From assembly GCA_021324885.1 (NCBI GenBank), contig JAJPIF010000025.1:46713-110712 (forward strand): DNA of 64,000 nucleotides, in the 5' to 3' direction. How positions within the stretch are numbered: position 1 is the first letter of the stretch; each line of letters starts with the position of its first letter. Below, one piece after another: positions 37,213 to 47,397 of the stretch. The notes under the pieces were generated by a model. It had not been told where the DNA came from and did not search any database. It saw nothing but the letters and a program-made list of their open reading frames with translations. This DNA comes from Pseudomonadota bacterium (GTDB taxonomy: Bacteria > Desulfobacterota > Binatia > Binatales > Binataceae). Position numbers and translations under genes: made by a program.

Positions 37213-38796
37213 GTGGAAATTTCAGATCGGAGCGACGCCCGCTTGAGCAAGGCTGCGCCCGCCAGCGATAGGGGATCGGCGGCTTGCGCCAGTTCACGGC
37301 CGGGGCATGCCAGTGGGCTCAATTGGAAGCTCGGTGCCGCCTCCCTGATGGTGTTGGCAGGCACCCTCTATGCCGTACATATAGGCCGCGGCCTGGGCGC
37401 AAGCGAAGCTTACACCGCGATGGTAGCAACCCAAACCAGTTACAGCGCAGTCAGCGTGGCTGCGTTGCGCTTCGATCCTGGAAAGCCCCCGCTTTATCCA
37501 CTCCTGCTGCACGGCCTCACCACAATCTTTGGCGACAGCGAGATTGTGCTGCGTGCGCCTTCCGTCATCTGCTCGACCATTGCTATCGGCCTGGTGTGGG
37601 CGCTCGGAAGCGAGATGTTCGGGCCCGCTGTCGGCTTCGCTGCTGCGGCATTTTGGGCGCTGAGCCCCCTGACGGTCATCTACGCCGGAGTTGCGCGAAT
37701 GTACGCGATGCTGATGGCCCTGGCGCTGGCCCAGCTTTTGACCATGTGGCAATTGGCCTTCAAACCGACCGCAGGCCGCATGGTGTTGTGCGCAGCGCTG
37801 GGGGCCGCGATGCTTTACACACACCTGGGCAGCCTTTTGTTTCTGGGCGCGGAAGGCGCGATATTGGCGGGGCAGAGCTTGCGCGGGGAGCGTAATCGCG
37901 CGAGATGGACGGCGTTAATTGTTTCGCTGGCGCTGTTTGCTCCTTTTTTGCCCATCGCCGCCAGTCAGGTCCGCGAACTCGTATTCGGCCATTGGGTGGA
38001 TTGGATCGGGCCTGCGCATCCGGTCAGCCTTGTGCGCAAGACCTGCGTCATTGTTGGGGCGGGCGCCATCGCGGCCGCATTGAGCTTCGGACCACGCTTG
38101 GAAGCCGACGAGCATGAACCGATTAGATGGTGCGCGACGCTGGCGATTTTGCCGATAGTCGCTTTGATCGCCGGCTCGCTTGCCGTACGCCCCATGTTTT
38201 CCGCCCGTTATGTGGCGCCCTCGCTGTCGGTGTTGGCGTTGCTGTTAGCCCGCCTGCTGGCGTTTCTGCGAGGCAGGGCATTTGGGCTGTCCGCGTTCGG
38301 TGTCGCATGCTTTCTGTTTTTTTTGCTGCCGTCCTATCCGCGCTCCGATACCTGGCGCGATTTCGCGCGGCAGGTGTCCAAAGGCTCGCCCAGGGAACCG
38401 GTGTTCTTCGAGTCAGGCTATGTGGACAGTACGGCGTCCGAGACCAATCCGGAGATGGGTTTTCCGCAGGGATTCTTCCGGGTTCCGTTCGATCGCTATT
38501 TCTCCGGACCCAATCCGCGCCTGGTGATCGACCCCTCAGCCCCGCAGGCCGACGGGCGAGTAATCGCCAACGCCGCCATCGCCAATGGAGGCGCCTGGCT
38601 GGTCAGCGGCCTGAAGGACGCCAAGGCGCGCGCGGAAATGCCGACGGGCTGTTTCAAGATTGAAAAGAAGACACATTCCGATTACGCGGATCTGTACCAT
38701 ATCGCACCGATCGCGCACTGCTCTCAAAGTGATTCGCTCGGGCCTCGCCGCGGTCAGCCGACGACAGCACCCGCGGGTGCTGCGCCAGTATCGTAA
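37213..38796 (+). CDS. ArnT/PMT_2-like GT-C glycosyltransferase; paralog C2
   Basis: 527 aa. Block-wise paralog of C1 (LGASEAYTAMVA, FDPGKPPLYPLL, GDSEIVLRAPSVICS), C-terminal domain conserved. Confidence 0.6.
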   Translation: MEISDRSDARLSKAAPASDRGSAACASSRPGHASGLNWKLGAASLMVLAGTLYAVHIGRGLGASEAYTAMVATQTSYSAVSVAALRFDPGKPPLYPLLLHGLTTIFGDSEIVLRAPSVICSTIAIGLVWALGSEMFGPAVGFAAAAFWALSPLTVIYAGVARMYAMLMALALAQLLTMWQLAFKPTAGRMVLCAALGAAMLYTHLGSLLFLGAEGAILAGQSLRGERNRARWTALIVSLALFAPFLPIAASQVRELVFGHWVDWIGPAHPVSLVRKTCVIVGAGAIAAALSFGPRLEADEHEPIRWCATLAILPIVALIAGSLAVRPMFSARYVAPSLSVLALLLARLLAFLRGRAFGLSAFGVACFLFFLLPSYPRSDTWRDFARQVSKGSPREPVFFESGYVDSTASETNPEMGFPQGFFRVPFDRYFSGPNPRLVIDPSAPQADGRVIANAAIANGGAWLVSGLKDAKARAEMPTGCFKIEKKTHSDYADLYHIAPIAHCSQSDSLGPRRGQPTTAPAGAAPVS

Positions 38797-40229
38797 TGCC
38801 TGCCAAACCATATGACGCGGTCTGGCGGATCGTCCGCCTCCGGGTGGCGGAACTTACGCTGGGAGACCGACAGTTTCCGGTAATTATCTGGAGCGTGAGT
38901 TTGGCGGTGTTTCTTCTGTCTCCCGTGGTCCAGTTCGGCGACTCCGCGTTCAGCCTCCTGCTCAGCGAAAGTCTGCTCCACCGCCATGGTTTTGATCTCA
39001 GTGCTTACCTTCCCGACGGTGCCAAAGCTGCGATTGTAAACCGCGTCGATTTCATGCACGTGAAGCCGCTCTACCAGCTTTTGCGCGTCAGGCACGCGAT
39101 CGTGTATGCCTATCCGTTTGGTGGGTCGATCCTGGCGATTCCGTTTGTGGCGGTGCTTAACCTGTGCGGCCTGTCGGTTTCCAGTAATCAGCATTTCAAT
39201 ATTTACGCCGAAGTAACGATGCAGAGGTTTATCGCGGCGTTTTTGATGGCCACGCTGGCCTGGATCTTTTTTCGGGCCGCCCGGCTGCTGCTGTCGCGAA
39301 ACTGGAGCGCCGTTATTGCGCTTGGCGCCGCCTTTGGAACTCCCGTCTGGAGTTCTCTTTCGCGCGGGCTGTGGAGCCAGACCTGGGCGGTCTTTTTGAC
39401 CGGTTACCTGATGTATCGCCTGCTTGCAGACGATGCGAAACTGCGTCCGGCCAACGGAGCAACCCTGGCGACACTGGCGTCATGGATTTTCTTTTGCAGG
39501 CCCACCGGAGCGATCGTGGTCGTCGCAGTGACCGCCTACCTGATTGCCTCCAGGAGGCACCTTTTGCGGCAGTGGTTCATTGCCGGACTGTTCTGGTTGT
39601 TGTGTTTCATCGGCCTGTCACGAGAAATCTATGGAACTCTCGTTCCTCCTTACTACCTGTACGGCGGTCTCATACATACCGATCATGTGTTTGAGGGAAT
39701 GGCGGGCGTTCTCTTTAGTCCATCCCGGGGCCTCTTTATTTTCGTTCCGGTGACGCTGTGGATCTTTTACCTGGTACTTCGGAATTTCAACTTGCTGCCT
39801 CACCAGGGGTTAGCCTGGCTGGCGCTGGGGATATGCCTCGTTGAGGTGCCGCTTGCGGCATGCGATGCAAAATGGTGGGGCGGTCACTCTTACGGGCCCC
39901 GTCTGCTGGCCGACCTCATACCCTGGCTGGTTCTGCTGGCGATCCTGGCCTTCGCTGCGGAAATCCGCCGCACTCAGGCACCGAGCGCCGGCAAGAGAAA
40001 TGCTCTTCTGCGTTATGGTCCGGAAACAATCGGCGCCGCGGCACTCGCGCTCAGCATTCTAATGAACGCTCCCGGCGCCCTCTCACCAACCGGCGACCTG
40101 TGGAACAAGCGGGGCGGCGACGTGGATACCCATCCCCAGCGGCTGTGGGATTGGAAGAAACCCCAATTTTTGGCCTGGATCTCCAGTGAACCTCACGACC
40201 CAAATACTCCGAGTTCGATTGATCATTGA
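38796..40229 (+). CDS. polytopic membrane protein (possible glycosyltransferase-like), family unassigned
   Basis: 477 aa, more than 10 hydrophobic helices. Start overlaps the stop of C2. No family motif recognised by eye. Confidence 0.45.
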   Translation: MPAKPYDAVWRIVRLRVAELTLGDRQFPVIIWSVSLAVFLLSPVVQFGDSAFSLLLSESLLHRHGFDLSAYLPDGAKAAIVNRVDFMHVKPLYQLLRVRHAIVYAYPFGGSILAIPFVAVLNLCGLSVSSNQHFNIYAEVTMQRFIAAFLMATLAWIFFRAARLLLSRNWSAVIALGAAFGTPVWSSLSRGLWSQTWAVFLTGYLMYRLLADDAKLRPANGATLATLASWIFFCRPTGAIVVVAVTAYLIASRRHLLRQWFIAGLFWLLCFIGLSREIYGTLVPPYYLYGGLIHTDHVFEGMAGVLFSPSRGLFIFVPVTLWIFYLVLRNFNLLPHQGLAWLALGICLVEVPLAACDAKWWGGHSYGPRLLADLIPWLVLLAILAFAAEIRRTQAPSAGKRNALLRYGPETIGAAALALSILMNAPGALSPTGDLWNKRGGDVDTHPQRLWDWKKPQFLAWISSEPHDPNTPSSIDH

Positions 40230-40394
40230 AGGCCGCGCACTGGCGATTGGCCGAAACGCGCGAAGGCGGACCGTGACAAGACCCCGAACCTGGTCGCCCT
40301 CAGCGACTTTGAAAATGACGCATTCGAGGCGCACGTTGATGCCTCTACCGAAGGACACCTGGACCAGCCGTCTGCCAAGTAAAAGAGCACTGCT

Positions 40395-41411
40395 CTATCT
40401 TTTACTATGAGAGCCTGTTCCACATAGTGCCGGAGCCTGGTTGTGCTCGAAAGTGAACTGTCCGCTTGAGAATCGGGCGATAACATAAATCGAGGCCACC
40501 GCGATGGCGATTCCAGCCAGGATGTCCACGAAATAATGATGGCCTTCTGGAATCGAAAGCACCATTAAGCCATTGAGTATCAGAACAGGGAAAAACAGAC
40601 GGTTAGCGGGTCGATGGACATATATGAGGATTACGGCGAGGGCGGCATGATACGAAGGCATCGTGATGATGCCCTGCACGTTGTCTAAGGAGAAGCGCTT
40701 GATGCCCTCGCGGAGTCCAATGAGAACAGGGTAATAATCAGTATGCGTGGGATAGGGGCCAAGCGCAGGCACGCATGCGAACAGAGCTGTGGTGACCAGC
40801 GCAGAAAGAATAGCGGTCGCCAGGAGTTCGGTGTTGCGCTGCGGACGGTCGGTCATGGCAAAATAGAGCGTTGAGCCGATAACCTGGGGAAGCAGGCTCG
40901 CATACGCTATCCATAGAGCGATGTGGAATACCGGGTGGGCGAACACAAAGGTATGATATGAGAGCCAGTCGAAGCCCAGGCGCGCGTCCATGCGGCTTAA
41001 CTGAAGGTCACGCAAAGGCATGGAGAGGCTGGCCGCGAGGTAGGTGAGAATAACGCCGGCCAGCGAGAATATTACCCAGAGCGCGGTAAAGTGACAGGCA
41101 TCGGCCAACCTGCGGTTAGGACGCTTTACCGTGTAGAATACGAATCCGGCGACCAGAAACGTCAACCCCTCAAAGACGCTCGACCATCCGGTAAACTGCA
41201 ATTGTGCGTGGAAATTCCACAACGAATCGACAAGAACAATGATCAGGATCGAAGTCCACAGCCACGAAAACCTGTTTGCTTGAGCGGCGAGGGCAGGGAG
41301 TCCTTTATCTCGCCTGGTTGGCACCAGCGGAACGCTCGCAACGGTACCTGCCAACGGCATGACATCCTGGGATGGTTGATCGAGTTCATTTAATTGTTTC
41401 GCCTGATTCAT
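40395..41411 (-). CDS. PAP2-superfamily membrane protein, sphingomyelin/inositol-phosphorylceramide synthase-like (PAP2_C type)
   Basis: 338 aa polytopic. KRPNRR, PSYHAALAV and EGHHYFVDILAGIAIAVASIYV match the KxxxxxxRP / PSGH / HYxxDVxxG motif triplet of lipid phosphate phosphatase / SMS / IPC-synthase enzymes. Confidence 0.55.
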   Translation of the reverse strand: MNQAKQLNELDQPSQDVMPLAGTVASVPLVPTRRDKGLPALAAQANRFSWLWTSILIIVLVDSLWNFHAQLQFTGWSSVFEGLTFLVAGFVFYTVKRPNRRLADACHFTALWVIFSLAGVILTYLAASLSMPLRDLQLSRMDARLGFDWLSYHTFVFAHPVFHIALWIAYASLLPQVIGSTLYFAMTDRPQRNTELLATAILSALVTTALFACVPALGPYPTHTDYYPVLIGLREGIKRFSLDNVQGIITMPSYHAALAVILIYVHRPANRLFFPVLILNGLMVLSIPEGHHYFVDILAGIAIAVASIYVIARFSSGQFTFEHNQAPALCGTGSHSKR

Positions 41412-41438
41412 CGCGTTGTCTTCGTGATTATTCAGATG

Positions 41439-42641
41439 TCATGCTGTGTACGAAGTTAAAGTGACCGCATCCGCTGGTTGGTATTGCGGTTGCGCCCCCG
41501 GCCGGGTTGCATGAACGCGCAAGGCTGGTTGTAGACTATGGCGGAGGCACAAAATCATGCCCGCCGCCATTAGTACTGTGGTTAGCGGCAGGCCGCGCGT
41601 CGCAAAAGAGCGCATAACAGCCGGGGAGAGCCACAGGGCCGCGAGTACTAAGACTTCGCCGGGCAAAAAGCGCGAATGCAGGCCGTCCACCGCGAGCCAG
41701 GCGATTGGCAAGGCGAGCAGGACCACGTCGTACTCCAGCAAATGCGGGGTGAGCAGCATGGTGGCCAGTACCAGGGCGGTGGCCTGCAACTCGATGACGC
41801 CGGAGCGTTTCCACACCAGCATCGCCGCGCCTGCGGCCAGGGCGGCAACTGAGAAGTGAATGATATAGGAAGCCTCGACGCTAAATCCCCAGATTCGCGC
41901 GGCGGCGAACAGGGTCTGAAATTTCTCCCATCCCGGGGCTCCGTGTTCGAGCACGATCGTGCGCGTATAGTGCGTGCTGTGCAAAAAAGCCGCCCAGGTC
42001 TGCCATCCGAAAGCGGCCCACGCGAGCAGGCAAAACAGGACCGCCGAAGCCGCCGACGCCGCCAGCGCGCGCCATCGTTTGGTTATACACAAGAACAGCG
42101 GGATGAGTACGGCTAGTTGGGGTTTGTACGTGCACAGTCCGAAAAGCGCGCCGGCCGCAGTCGGCCAGGTGTCAAGACAGAGAATGCCGGCGCCAATCAG
42201 AACCAGGGTCAGCAGGCCATTTTGGGCGAAGATGAAGTTGAGGAACACGCCCGGAAAGGCAAGGGCGAGCAGCAGACCACGTTTCTCAATCCGGCTCATC
42301 ACCAGGAGGTACGCAATTATCCATAGGATGGACCAGACTGCCTGGGACCACAGATACGGCAATAGCGCCAAGGGAGCGATGATCAGAAGATAGGTGGGGG
42401 GATACGGAAAGGGGGTAAATCCAATGTTATAACCAGCTATTTTTTTCTGTGCGGCCCACAAGCGGAGGTTGTCGTATGCGGACGCCGGCGACCCGTGCAG
42501 GACCATCGCGGAAGCGGACCACCATTCGATGAAATCGGAGCGGGACCTGGTGCTTTGCCGGTAAACTTCGGGGAGAAACCAGAGGTACGCAATCAAAAAG
42601 GCGATGGGCAAAACATAGAGTAGCGCTTTCTTACTTGGCAC
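41439..42641 (-). CDS. DUF2029/GT87-like polytopic membrane glycosyltransferase (second copy)
   Basis: 400 aa. N-terminal SDFIEWWSASAMVLHGSPASAYD resembles the DF..YY.A...L..G..PY loop motif of GT87. About 12 hydrophobic helices. Confidence 0.45.
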   Translation of the reverse strand: MPSKKALLYVLPIAFLIAYLWFLPEVYRQSTRSRSDFIEWWSASAMVLHGSPASAYDNLRLWAAQKKIAGYNIGFTPFPYPPTYLLIIAPLALLPYLWSQAVWSILWIIAYLLVMSRIEKRGLLLALAFPGVFLNFIFAQNGLLTLVLIGAGILCLDTWPTAAGALFGLCTYKPQLAVLIPLFLCITKRWRALAASAASAVLFCLLAWAAFGWQTWAAFLHSTHYTRTIVLEHGAPGWEKFQTLFAAARIWGFSVEASYIIHFSVAALAAGAAMLVWKRSGVIELQATALVLATMLLTPHLLEYDVVLLALPIAWLAVDGLHSRFLPGEVLVLAALWLSPAVMRSFATRGLPLTTVLMAAGMILCLRHSLQPALRVHATRPGAQPQYQPADAVTLTSYTA

Positions 42642-43959
42642 GACACCAAATTGCCATCAATAAGCACCGATTGCAACGGACTGGCCAAAGCAAGCATGCT
42701 TGCGGATGAAACTTTGCTCCAACCCGTCGAATCCGGGCCAGCGAGCCGCCGCTATTAAATAAGGAGACTCCCGGCCGCCATCGCGCAGCAGCTTTGGAAG
42801 CTGCCGTTGGATGAAGCGGTTGAACTCGATCGGACTGATCAGCCACAGGCCGCGATTCCCGGGCGAGTCTTTCGAGGCTCTCGCGGCGATATCGGCGGTG
42901 GTTGGCGATGGATGTGGTTCGCGGTTCCGTATTCCAGGGACCGTTGGGCGCCACGAGCTTTGGCGCGGATGGGCCGCAAAGAGAACGGCTAAGCCATCAT
43001 TAGCTTTCCTAATTCGGACCGCATCGGGATGGTTCATGGAAAAGGTCGCAAAAGCGCCTGGCGCCCGGACTCTCGCGGTCCTTTTGTTGATTCTCATTTT
43101 CTGCTAATTTTAACTTGAAAGCTTTTGAAACATGCAGTATTTACATCATGCTTGCAGTTAGTGCGAGGAGACCTACTCTAAGTAGGCATTGCCGGACGAC
43201 ATTTTGTACATAAGCTGTTCTTCTTGGTGGGCGGCGTCGAGCGGCGGGAGCGAGAAGGTTCGGACGGTAAACCGACGCGGCTTCACCATGATCCGGCCGG
43301 TATGGATGTCGAGTAAAAGCTGGCGCTGACTGCGGGCCCGGGGGAACAATGAAATTATGCTGACGGACGCGAAAACGAGGGCTAAGTTGAAGCTGTATCT
43401 GGCCGGGCTGCTGACCGGGGTCGCACTGGCGCTGTGGAGCGGTGGTCATGTCAGCGAGAGCGCCTTTTTCCACAGCCAGGACGTGCAAATGTTCTGGCGG
43501 CTGTACGCCTCGGCGAGTCTTGGCAGATTCGCCTGAGCGCTCCGCACCGAAGTCACATCACCGGGGTCCGACGGTTTATGCGTCCGGCTAAGGCGCCGCA
43601 GCGCTTTGGCGTCTGACCGCCGGCGCAGCCGTGCGCGGGCTTCGGATTGGCCGACTATCGCGCGCGCAATGAGTTATGACGGCTTTGCCGGTGCAGGCGG
43701 CCGCTATCCGCGGATGCTCTAAGCGGATGCTCTAAAACGTTGTGGTTTCATTTCCGGGGAGCAATCATCGGCGCGCCCGCGTCGTTGCCTCGCTCACGCT
43801 GAAGGCCCCACCGCATCTCAAACCGCAATCGCGTATCGGTGTCAAAGCTCCCCGCAAACGGCGCAAAATCTCAGTGCGCGGGCAACGTCCCGCTACTCTT
43901 GACTGCAACGAGGGAAAAAAAGCAAAATGTAGCGAAAATTTTATCAATAAGGAGCGGCG

Positions 43960-44391
43960 ATGAAGAACATTTTGAGCTTGGCGTGTCTTCTTTTGGTGCT
44001 GGCGTGTTTATGCGCATCGGCAGACGCGAGTCCCAAAGACAGGAAGATTACGGTCGCCTGCAGCGCCCTGGCTCCGGATATCATTACCGGCTCGGCCATC
44101 GTAACAGCGTGCGCCGACTCGACGTGCGCCACGCAGACCGTTTCCTGTCCGCAAATATACTGTGACAGCAGCGCAATCACCGCCCCTTCGACAACAACCG
44201 AATCCTGCCCCACGCAATTCAAAGTGACCGCTATCATGTACAACCTCAGTTATGTGGATACCGATGTTAACGGCAACACGATTATCTCCTCGGGCGAGGT
44301 TGGCGCCACCAGCACGTTGCAAAAGGGATCGGTAGGATTCGCGAATTCGATCGGTTACGGCAACGATACGGTCACTTTGACGGTCAAGTAA
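43960..44391 (+). CDS. small secreted Cys-rich, Thr/Ser-rich protein (hypothetical)
   Basis: 143 aa. Signal peptide MKNILSLACLLLVLACLCASADA, then at least 9 Cys in the mature part. Preceded by about 1.3 kb without convincing genes. Confidence 0.45.
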   Translation: MKNILSLACLLLVLACLCASADASPKDRKITVACSALAPDIITGSAIVTACADSTCATQTVSCPQIYCDSSAITAPSTTTESCPTQFKVTAIMYNLSYVDTDVNGNTIISSGEVGATSTLQKGSVGFANSIGYGNDTVTLTVK

Positions 44392-44583
44392 AAGTGCGCG
44401 CGGGATAACCGGCGCCGGCACTCCCAAGCGGCGAAGCTTTTGACTGCGGGACTGTTTTGACTGAACGACAGATACGCAGGCGGGACTTGAAGCAATCCGA
44501 TCGTCTGCGAAGCAGCGTGGATATCCGACGCCACCGGCGTTGAGATTGTGTAGAAAGATCGATTTTGGCGAGGACCACGAAGA

Positions 44584-45717
44584 TTGAATGGCGTGAGGTT
44601 CTCGATTTCTCCGATCCCGGCGGAGCGGCTTTATCTTCGCTACGGCCATGCGATACTGAGCTCATTGCTGACCTTCGCGCTGTTTCTTCTATTCCGGGAA
44701 CCGACGCGGTCTGGAATCGATCCCGGCGTGCCGGTCCTGCTCGCGCTCGTACCGATCCTAGGATGCGCATACGTGGCGGGTCCGGGACCGGCCCTGCTCG
44801 CGATTATGATCGACGTTCCCGCAATCGTTTGCCTCGTCCTCGCGCCCACCGGTGGCCTGACGCTGCGGAGTTCGCGGGAGTTCAGCCTGGTGTTGAGTTT
44901 TGTCCTGGTAAGCGGACTGGTTTCGTATTTTGCGACCTTGCTGAGGAATTCCTTCTTCAATCTGGTGGAGCTCAACCGGGAGCGCGAGTCTGCGCTGCTG
45001 TCCGCCAAGGCGGCCGAAGCGCAAGCGAGCAGCGCCAACCGGGCGAAAGACAGGTTTCTGAGCCTGATTTCGCATGAACTGCGCAGTCCTCTGAACGTGG
45101 TCGGGCTCTCGGTGGAATTACTGCGCTCCGAGTTGTCGGCGGCCAAAGAAGAGGTCCGCCACGAACTGGAGCGAATCGAAAGTGCAAACGCGCAATTGAG
45201 ACAACTGATTGGGGAGCTGCTGGATTCCAGCAGCATCGCATCGGGCAAACTGCGCATCGAAAAGACCCCGGTTGAGGTGTTCAAACCCGTTTCCGAAGCG
45301 GTCAATCAGCTACGGCCCGCCGCGCAATCCAAGGGTGTCACGCTTGAGCTGAAGGTGGATGGGAATCCTGGGATTGTCGATGCTGACTCGCAGCGGCTGC
45401 ATCAGATACTGGTGAATCTGGTCACCAACTCGATCAAATTCACGCCCTCCGGCGGAACGGTAAAAGTAGCGATCAAGCCTTCACCTGATTCAGTCGAATT
45501 GCAGGTCTGCGATAACGGTCAGGGAATTTCAGCCGAAGAACTACCTCATATCTTTGAGCGGTTTTGGCAATCGGAGAAAACCAGCCAGCCCAGCGGACTC
45601 GGCCTTGGACTTTATATCGTACAAACTCTGGTCGAAGCCCACGGGGGCAGGATCACGGCGCGCAGCGAAGGAATTGGAAGGGGCGCGAGCTTCACGGTGC
45701 GTATCCCCCGCCATTGA
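44584..45717 (+). CDS. membrane-bound sensor histidine kinase (HisKA + HATPase_c), orphan
   Basis: 377 aa. Four N-terminal hydrophobic helices. H-box FLSLISHELRSPLN. N, G1, G2 boxes (LVNLVTNSIKFT, DNGQGI, GLGLGL). No adjacent response regulator. Confidence 0.75.
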   Translation: MNGVRFSISPIPAERLYLRYGHAILSSLLTFALFLLFREPTRSGIDPGVPVLLALVPILGCAYVAGPGPALLAIMIDVPAIVCLVLAPTGGLTLRSSREFSLVLSFVLVSGLVSYFATLLRNSFFNLVELNRERESALLSAKAAEAQASSANRAKDRFLSLISHELRSPLNVVGLSVELLRSELSAAKEEVRHELERIESANAQLRQLIGELLDSSSIASGKLRIEKTPVEVFKPVSEAVNQLRPAAQSKGVTLELKVDGNPGIVDADSQRLHQILVNLVTNSIKFTPSGGTVKVAIKPSPDSVELQVCDNGQGISAEELPHIFERFWQSEKTSQPSGLGLGLYIVQTLVEAHGGRITARSEGIGRGASFTVRIPRH

Positions 45718-46088
45718 CTCGTTTCCGATCGTGCTGCGGCGGAGCCGATCAGAGCAGTCGCGGATGGCGGATTCGTCGCGCGAATACTGCGCCCATGAAA
45801 TGCGCCGGTGCTGGCGCAGGTAGAGCCATAAACTCGATTCCCAGCGCGATATGGGAATGCTCGAGGGCGACATGGATTTGCTGCGGCGCTTTCAGGCTGC
45901 ACCAGTGGTATCTGAAAATGGCCAACACCCGGATTAAGTCGTTCTGCCGCGCCGGCGCCGCGCGCGCGTGATTGGCCCGCGGCGGTGGTGGGAAAAGGGT
46001 CAACGCAGCCGTGTGCGCGGCGTCGGGATGCTGTTTGGCGCTTGCCGGGAGTGAGTATTTCGTCGGCCAGCATCCCGCTTACCGGTCT

Positions 46089-47249
46089 TCAGGAGCCGCC
46101 GGTCTTGGAACCAACTCCCAACAGGACCCGGCCGTATTGCTCGGCAGAACTATCGAAGTCGAAGCTGGCGTGCTGCGCTCCCACGTTGATGTTGCGAAAT
46201 GCGACTTGGAGCGGATGTCCTTCGTAAACGGCATGGGCGCCGGACCCTGCGAACAGACGCCCAATCGCGCGGCGGCACAGCTCGCCGGCGTATGCGCCTT
46301 GCCATTTTAGCCGGGCCCGCTGCTCCGCAGTGGAAGTGACGTTGGCGAGCAGTTCGCCGCATTCCCGCAGCCCATCATGCATCAACAGGTCGGCGGCCTT
46401 AATTTCCGCCGCCGCTTCGGCCAGTCTGATCTGAATTGGCGCGTATTCAGCCTTGCGCGCGCCGGTGATGATTACCCGTCGATTCTGGGTGTGTTCGATG
46501 AACTTGCGCAGCGCGAATCTCGCCGATCCTATCAACGCCGTCGGCGCCAACAGTCCCAGGATCGCCTCCGCGGGCAGATAGTAAAGATTGGTCGAATGAT
46601 TCCTAATATAGGGACTTTGCCCGAGAAAGAATTTCCGCGTGTCGATGGTGCGGTGAGCGGGAACGAAGGTGCCACGCGCCACGATGTCCTTGCTGCCCGT
46701 ACCGCGCATCCCCAGGACTTGCCACGTGTCGTCGACCTCGATATCGCCGCGCGGCACTACGACGTGAACCCCGGGTCCTCGTGTCGCCGGGTCCGCGCAA
46801 CCCAGCATCACCCACTGCGCACTGTCGACACCGCTGCCAAACTGCCATCGTCCTTCGACGCGATAGCCCCCGTCGACAGGAGTCGCGACTCCCTGCCATG
46901 AAAGCGTGCCGGCGATCAAGTTGTCCTGCCCGTCGCCGAATATTTCGTCCTGGGCGGCTTCCGGAAACGCTCCTATACACCAATGGTGGGCTGAAATGAC
47001 GGTGAGCACCCATCCGCTGGAGGGACAGGCTTCGGAGACGCGGGTAGTCGCATCCGCCAAGGTCCGGAAATCCATTTCATAGCCGTGCACCCTTGACGGC
47101 TGAAGGATCCGAAACAGCCCAGCGTCGACCATCAGTGCGACGCTTTCCGGGACCACCCGCCGCATCTCGTCGCACTGCCGGGCGTTTTCCGCCAGCCGCG
47201 GCGTGATCGCCTCGACGCGGCGCATTATCTCATCGTAATCAATTATCAT
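46089..47249 (-). CDS. acyl-CoA dehydrogenase-fold flavin-dependent oxidoreductase/monooxygenase (DszC/SfnB-like)
   Basis: 386 aa; ACAD-like N, middle and C-terminal domain pattern without an obvious acyl-CoA dehydrogenase catalytic Glu. Divergent from the HxlR-type regulator. Confidence 0.5.
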   Translation of the reverse strand: MIIDYDEIMRRVEAITPRLAENARQCDEMRRVVPESVALMVDAGLFRILQPSRVHGYEMDFRTLADATTRVSEACPSSGWVLTVISAHHWCIGAFPEAAQDEIFGDGQDNLIAGTLSWQGVATPVDGGYRVEGRWQFGSGVDSAQWVMLGCADPATRGPGVHVVVPRGDIEVDDTWQVLGMRGTGSKDIVARGTFVPAHRTIDTRKFFLGQSPYIRNHSTNLYYLPAEAILGLLAPTALIGSARFALRKFIEHTQNRRVIITGARKAEYAPIQIRLAEAAAEIKAADLLMHDGLRECGELLANVTSTAEQRARLKWQGAYAGELCRRAIGRLFAGSGAHAVYEGHPLQVAFRNINVGAQHASFDFDSSAEQYGRVLLGVGSKTGGS

Positions 47250-47397
47250 CGGTAGGAACTTCGCTTAATTCGCGAACCGCAACACAGTTAAGCTTCTTGC
47301 TTTTGGAAAGGATACTTGCATAATGAGACTTAGTTGTCAAACTCGACAATGGCGGCGGTGAAGCCGGTGGAGCGGCAACATTTCAGGTCCTCGTGCG

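Noticed and set aside
42657-43097. 146-aa minus ORF in the gene-poor stretch
   Set aside because: No motif, start context or conservation clue. Composition is borderline. Retained only as part of the gene-poor-region finding.
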